Below are positions 62,665 to 64,000 of a stretch of DNA of 64,000 nt, in pieces. The position numbers were made by a program, and so were the translations under genes. Numbering within the stretch: position 1 is the first letter of the stretch; each line of letters starts with the position of its first letter. Below the pieces are notes generated by a model. The model saw nothing but the letters and a program-made list of their open reading frames with translations. It had not been told where the DNA came from and made no database searches. The DNA is taken from positions 528,342-592,341 of the forward strand of contig JAWLHY010000002.1 in NCBI GenBank assembly GCA_041690135.1, given 5' to 3'. The stretch is from Armatimonadota bacterium (GTDB lineage: Bacteria; Armatimonadota; SYMT01).

Positions 62665-63809
62665 GCCGGTTCCTCCTCTTCTATTTCGGATTCCATCGGC
62701 GTCGGCCGGTGGGCGGCTGCAGGGGCGACTCCTCCCAGCAGCCCTTGATACAGCGACAGGTAACCTCGCGCCATTCGCTCGGGCGTGTAGGCCATGGCTC
62801 GTTCGCGGGCCGCAACGCCCAGGGAGCGGCGCAGGTCCGGCGCGGCGATCAGCCTTCGCAGGGTCTCTCGCAGCGCCTCGCTGTCGTCGGGAGGGACGAA
62901 CAGCGCCGCGTCTCCCCACACCTCTCGAAGGCTGGGGAGGTCGCCGAGCACCAGGGCACACCCGGCGAGACCCGCTTCCAGGGCGGAGAGCCCGAACGGC
63001 TCGTAGCGCGCCGGTAGCGCGTAGATGGCGGCACGCCCCATGGCCTCCGCCAGATCCGGGGGAGCGAGGCGCCCGAGCACCTGCACGTTCCGGTGGGTCG
63101 CGACGTTCCCATTCGGGTGGCGGCCGTCGCCGGCCACACAGACCGGCCAGTCCAGTCCCGCGGCCGCCGCTTCCAGCGCCTGAATGTTCTTCGCCTCATC
63201 CCACAGGCGTCCCGCGGCCAGGATGTAGTTCCCCTTCTCCGCGGGATTCGCGACGCGATGGAAGACATCCACCGTTCGGCCGTTCGGCACCACGTCCACG
63301 GCCGGGAAGGGACCGTAAAGCGCCTGCAACGCCTCCAGCATGGCGCGCGAGGGGGCGGTCACGGCGCCGGCAGCGGCGAGGCCCGCGGACACTTCGCGGC
63401 GGTACCGGTCCCAGGAGGGAGGGGCGGGCTCACCCCGGACCGCCTGCCACCAGGAGAGGACGCAGGAGTGTCCGACGACCAGCGCCGGCGCGCTCCACGG
63501 CAGGTTGCCGTGAACGTAGCCGTTCAGATGGACCACGTCCGGTCGGACGCACTGCTCCAGCCAGAGCAGCCACTCCCCCGCGGCCCGCACCTCGTCCCAC
63601 GGGTCGTCCATCCATTCCAGCTTGAACCCGCTGGGGATCAATTGGAGATCGGGAACCTGCTCCGCTTCTTCCTCCTGCTCGCGCGTGGGGAGCGCCCCCA
63701 TGGTCGCCAGGGCGGTGCGGATCCCATGAGGGTGCAGGGCCCGCGCCAGTTCCAGGGCATAGGTCCACACTCCGCCGACCGTATCGGCGGTCATCAGCAA
63801 CTGCATCAC
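62652..63809 (-). CDS. GT4 family glycosyltransferase
   Basis: TADTVGGVWTY, AGRLWDEAKN, YEPFGLSALEA. Confidence 0.9.
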   Translation of the reverse strand: MMQLLMTADTVGGVWTYALELARALHPHGIRTALATMGALPTREQEEEAEQVPDLQLIPSGFKLEWMDDPWDEVRAAGEWLLWLEQCVRPDVVHLNGYVHGNLPWSAPALVVGHSCVLSWWQAVRGEPAPPSWDRYRREVSAGLAAAGAVTAPSRAMLEALQALYGPFPAVDVVPNGRTVDVFHRVANPAEKGNYILAAGRLWDEAKNIQALEAAAAGLDWPVCVAGDGRHPNGNVATHRNVQVLGRLAPPDLAEAMGRAAIYALPARYEPFGLSALEAGLAGCALVLGDLPSLREVWGDAALFVPPDDSEALRETLRRLIAAPDLRRSLGVAARERAMAYTPERMARGYLSLYQGLLGGVAPAAAHRPTPMESEIEEEEPACAW

Positions 63810-64000
63810 AGCGATATCAGGGCCTTCATGAAGCCGTCCGGTCGCGTGCTGGTGGCCTCCAGCGCCTCTCCCAGCCGTTCCAGCGGATAGATGTGCGTGT
63901 AGAGCGGCGACGGGTCGAGCCGGTCATGGCTCACGGCCTCCACCGCCGCCTGAATCCCGGCGACATAGACCGCGGGATCGCGCTCGTGGGCGTTGATCAC
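63806..64000 (-). CDS. C-terminal part of a zinc-binding (MDR) dehydrogenase, truncated by the window end
   Basis: INAHERDP...LYTHIYPLERLGEAL......PDGFMKALI; stop overlaps the GT4 start. Confidence 0.7.
   Translation of the reverse strand: MINAHERDPAVYVAGIQAAVEAVSHDRLDPSPLYTHIYPLERLGEALEATSTRPDGFMKALISL

Overview
GC-rich bacterial window; a PEP-CTERM motif and the gene set suggest a diderm such as Armatimonadota, but that is inference. Contents in order: a secreted hypothetical; an accessory HD-domain/degenerate NTPase gene paired with a TPR gene carrying 114-bp near-identical repeats; mgtE preceded by a ~270-nt promoter- and terminator-bounded structured RNA; a small KAS II/cyclase/FAD-oxidoreductase/methyltransferase cluster; a PIN toxin-antitoxin pair; an accessory block (20.8-24.5 kb) where two diverged copies of a ~290-nt structured non-coding element flank DUF4268-like, AbiJ-NTD-nuclease and GIY-YIG-like genes; an FHA/PP2C/kinase operon; yraN; a persulfide dioxygenase-rhodanese gene plus sqr; nadE; a GH43 gene; an 18-kb signalling cluster (poly-HAMP hybrid kinase, CheR, CheB, PAS/GAF kinases); and a CgeB-type glycosyltransferase operon cut by the window end. 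I saw no rRNA, tRNA, CRISPR array, transposase or integrase. Strongest novelty candidates: the two-copy structured element with its nuclease cargo, the RNA upstream of mgtE, and the split NLR-like HD/TPR pair. All family calls come from motif recognition by eye; no searches were run.
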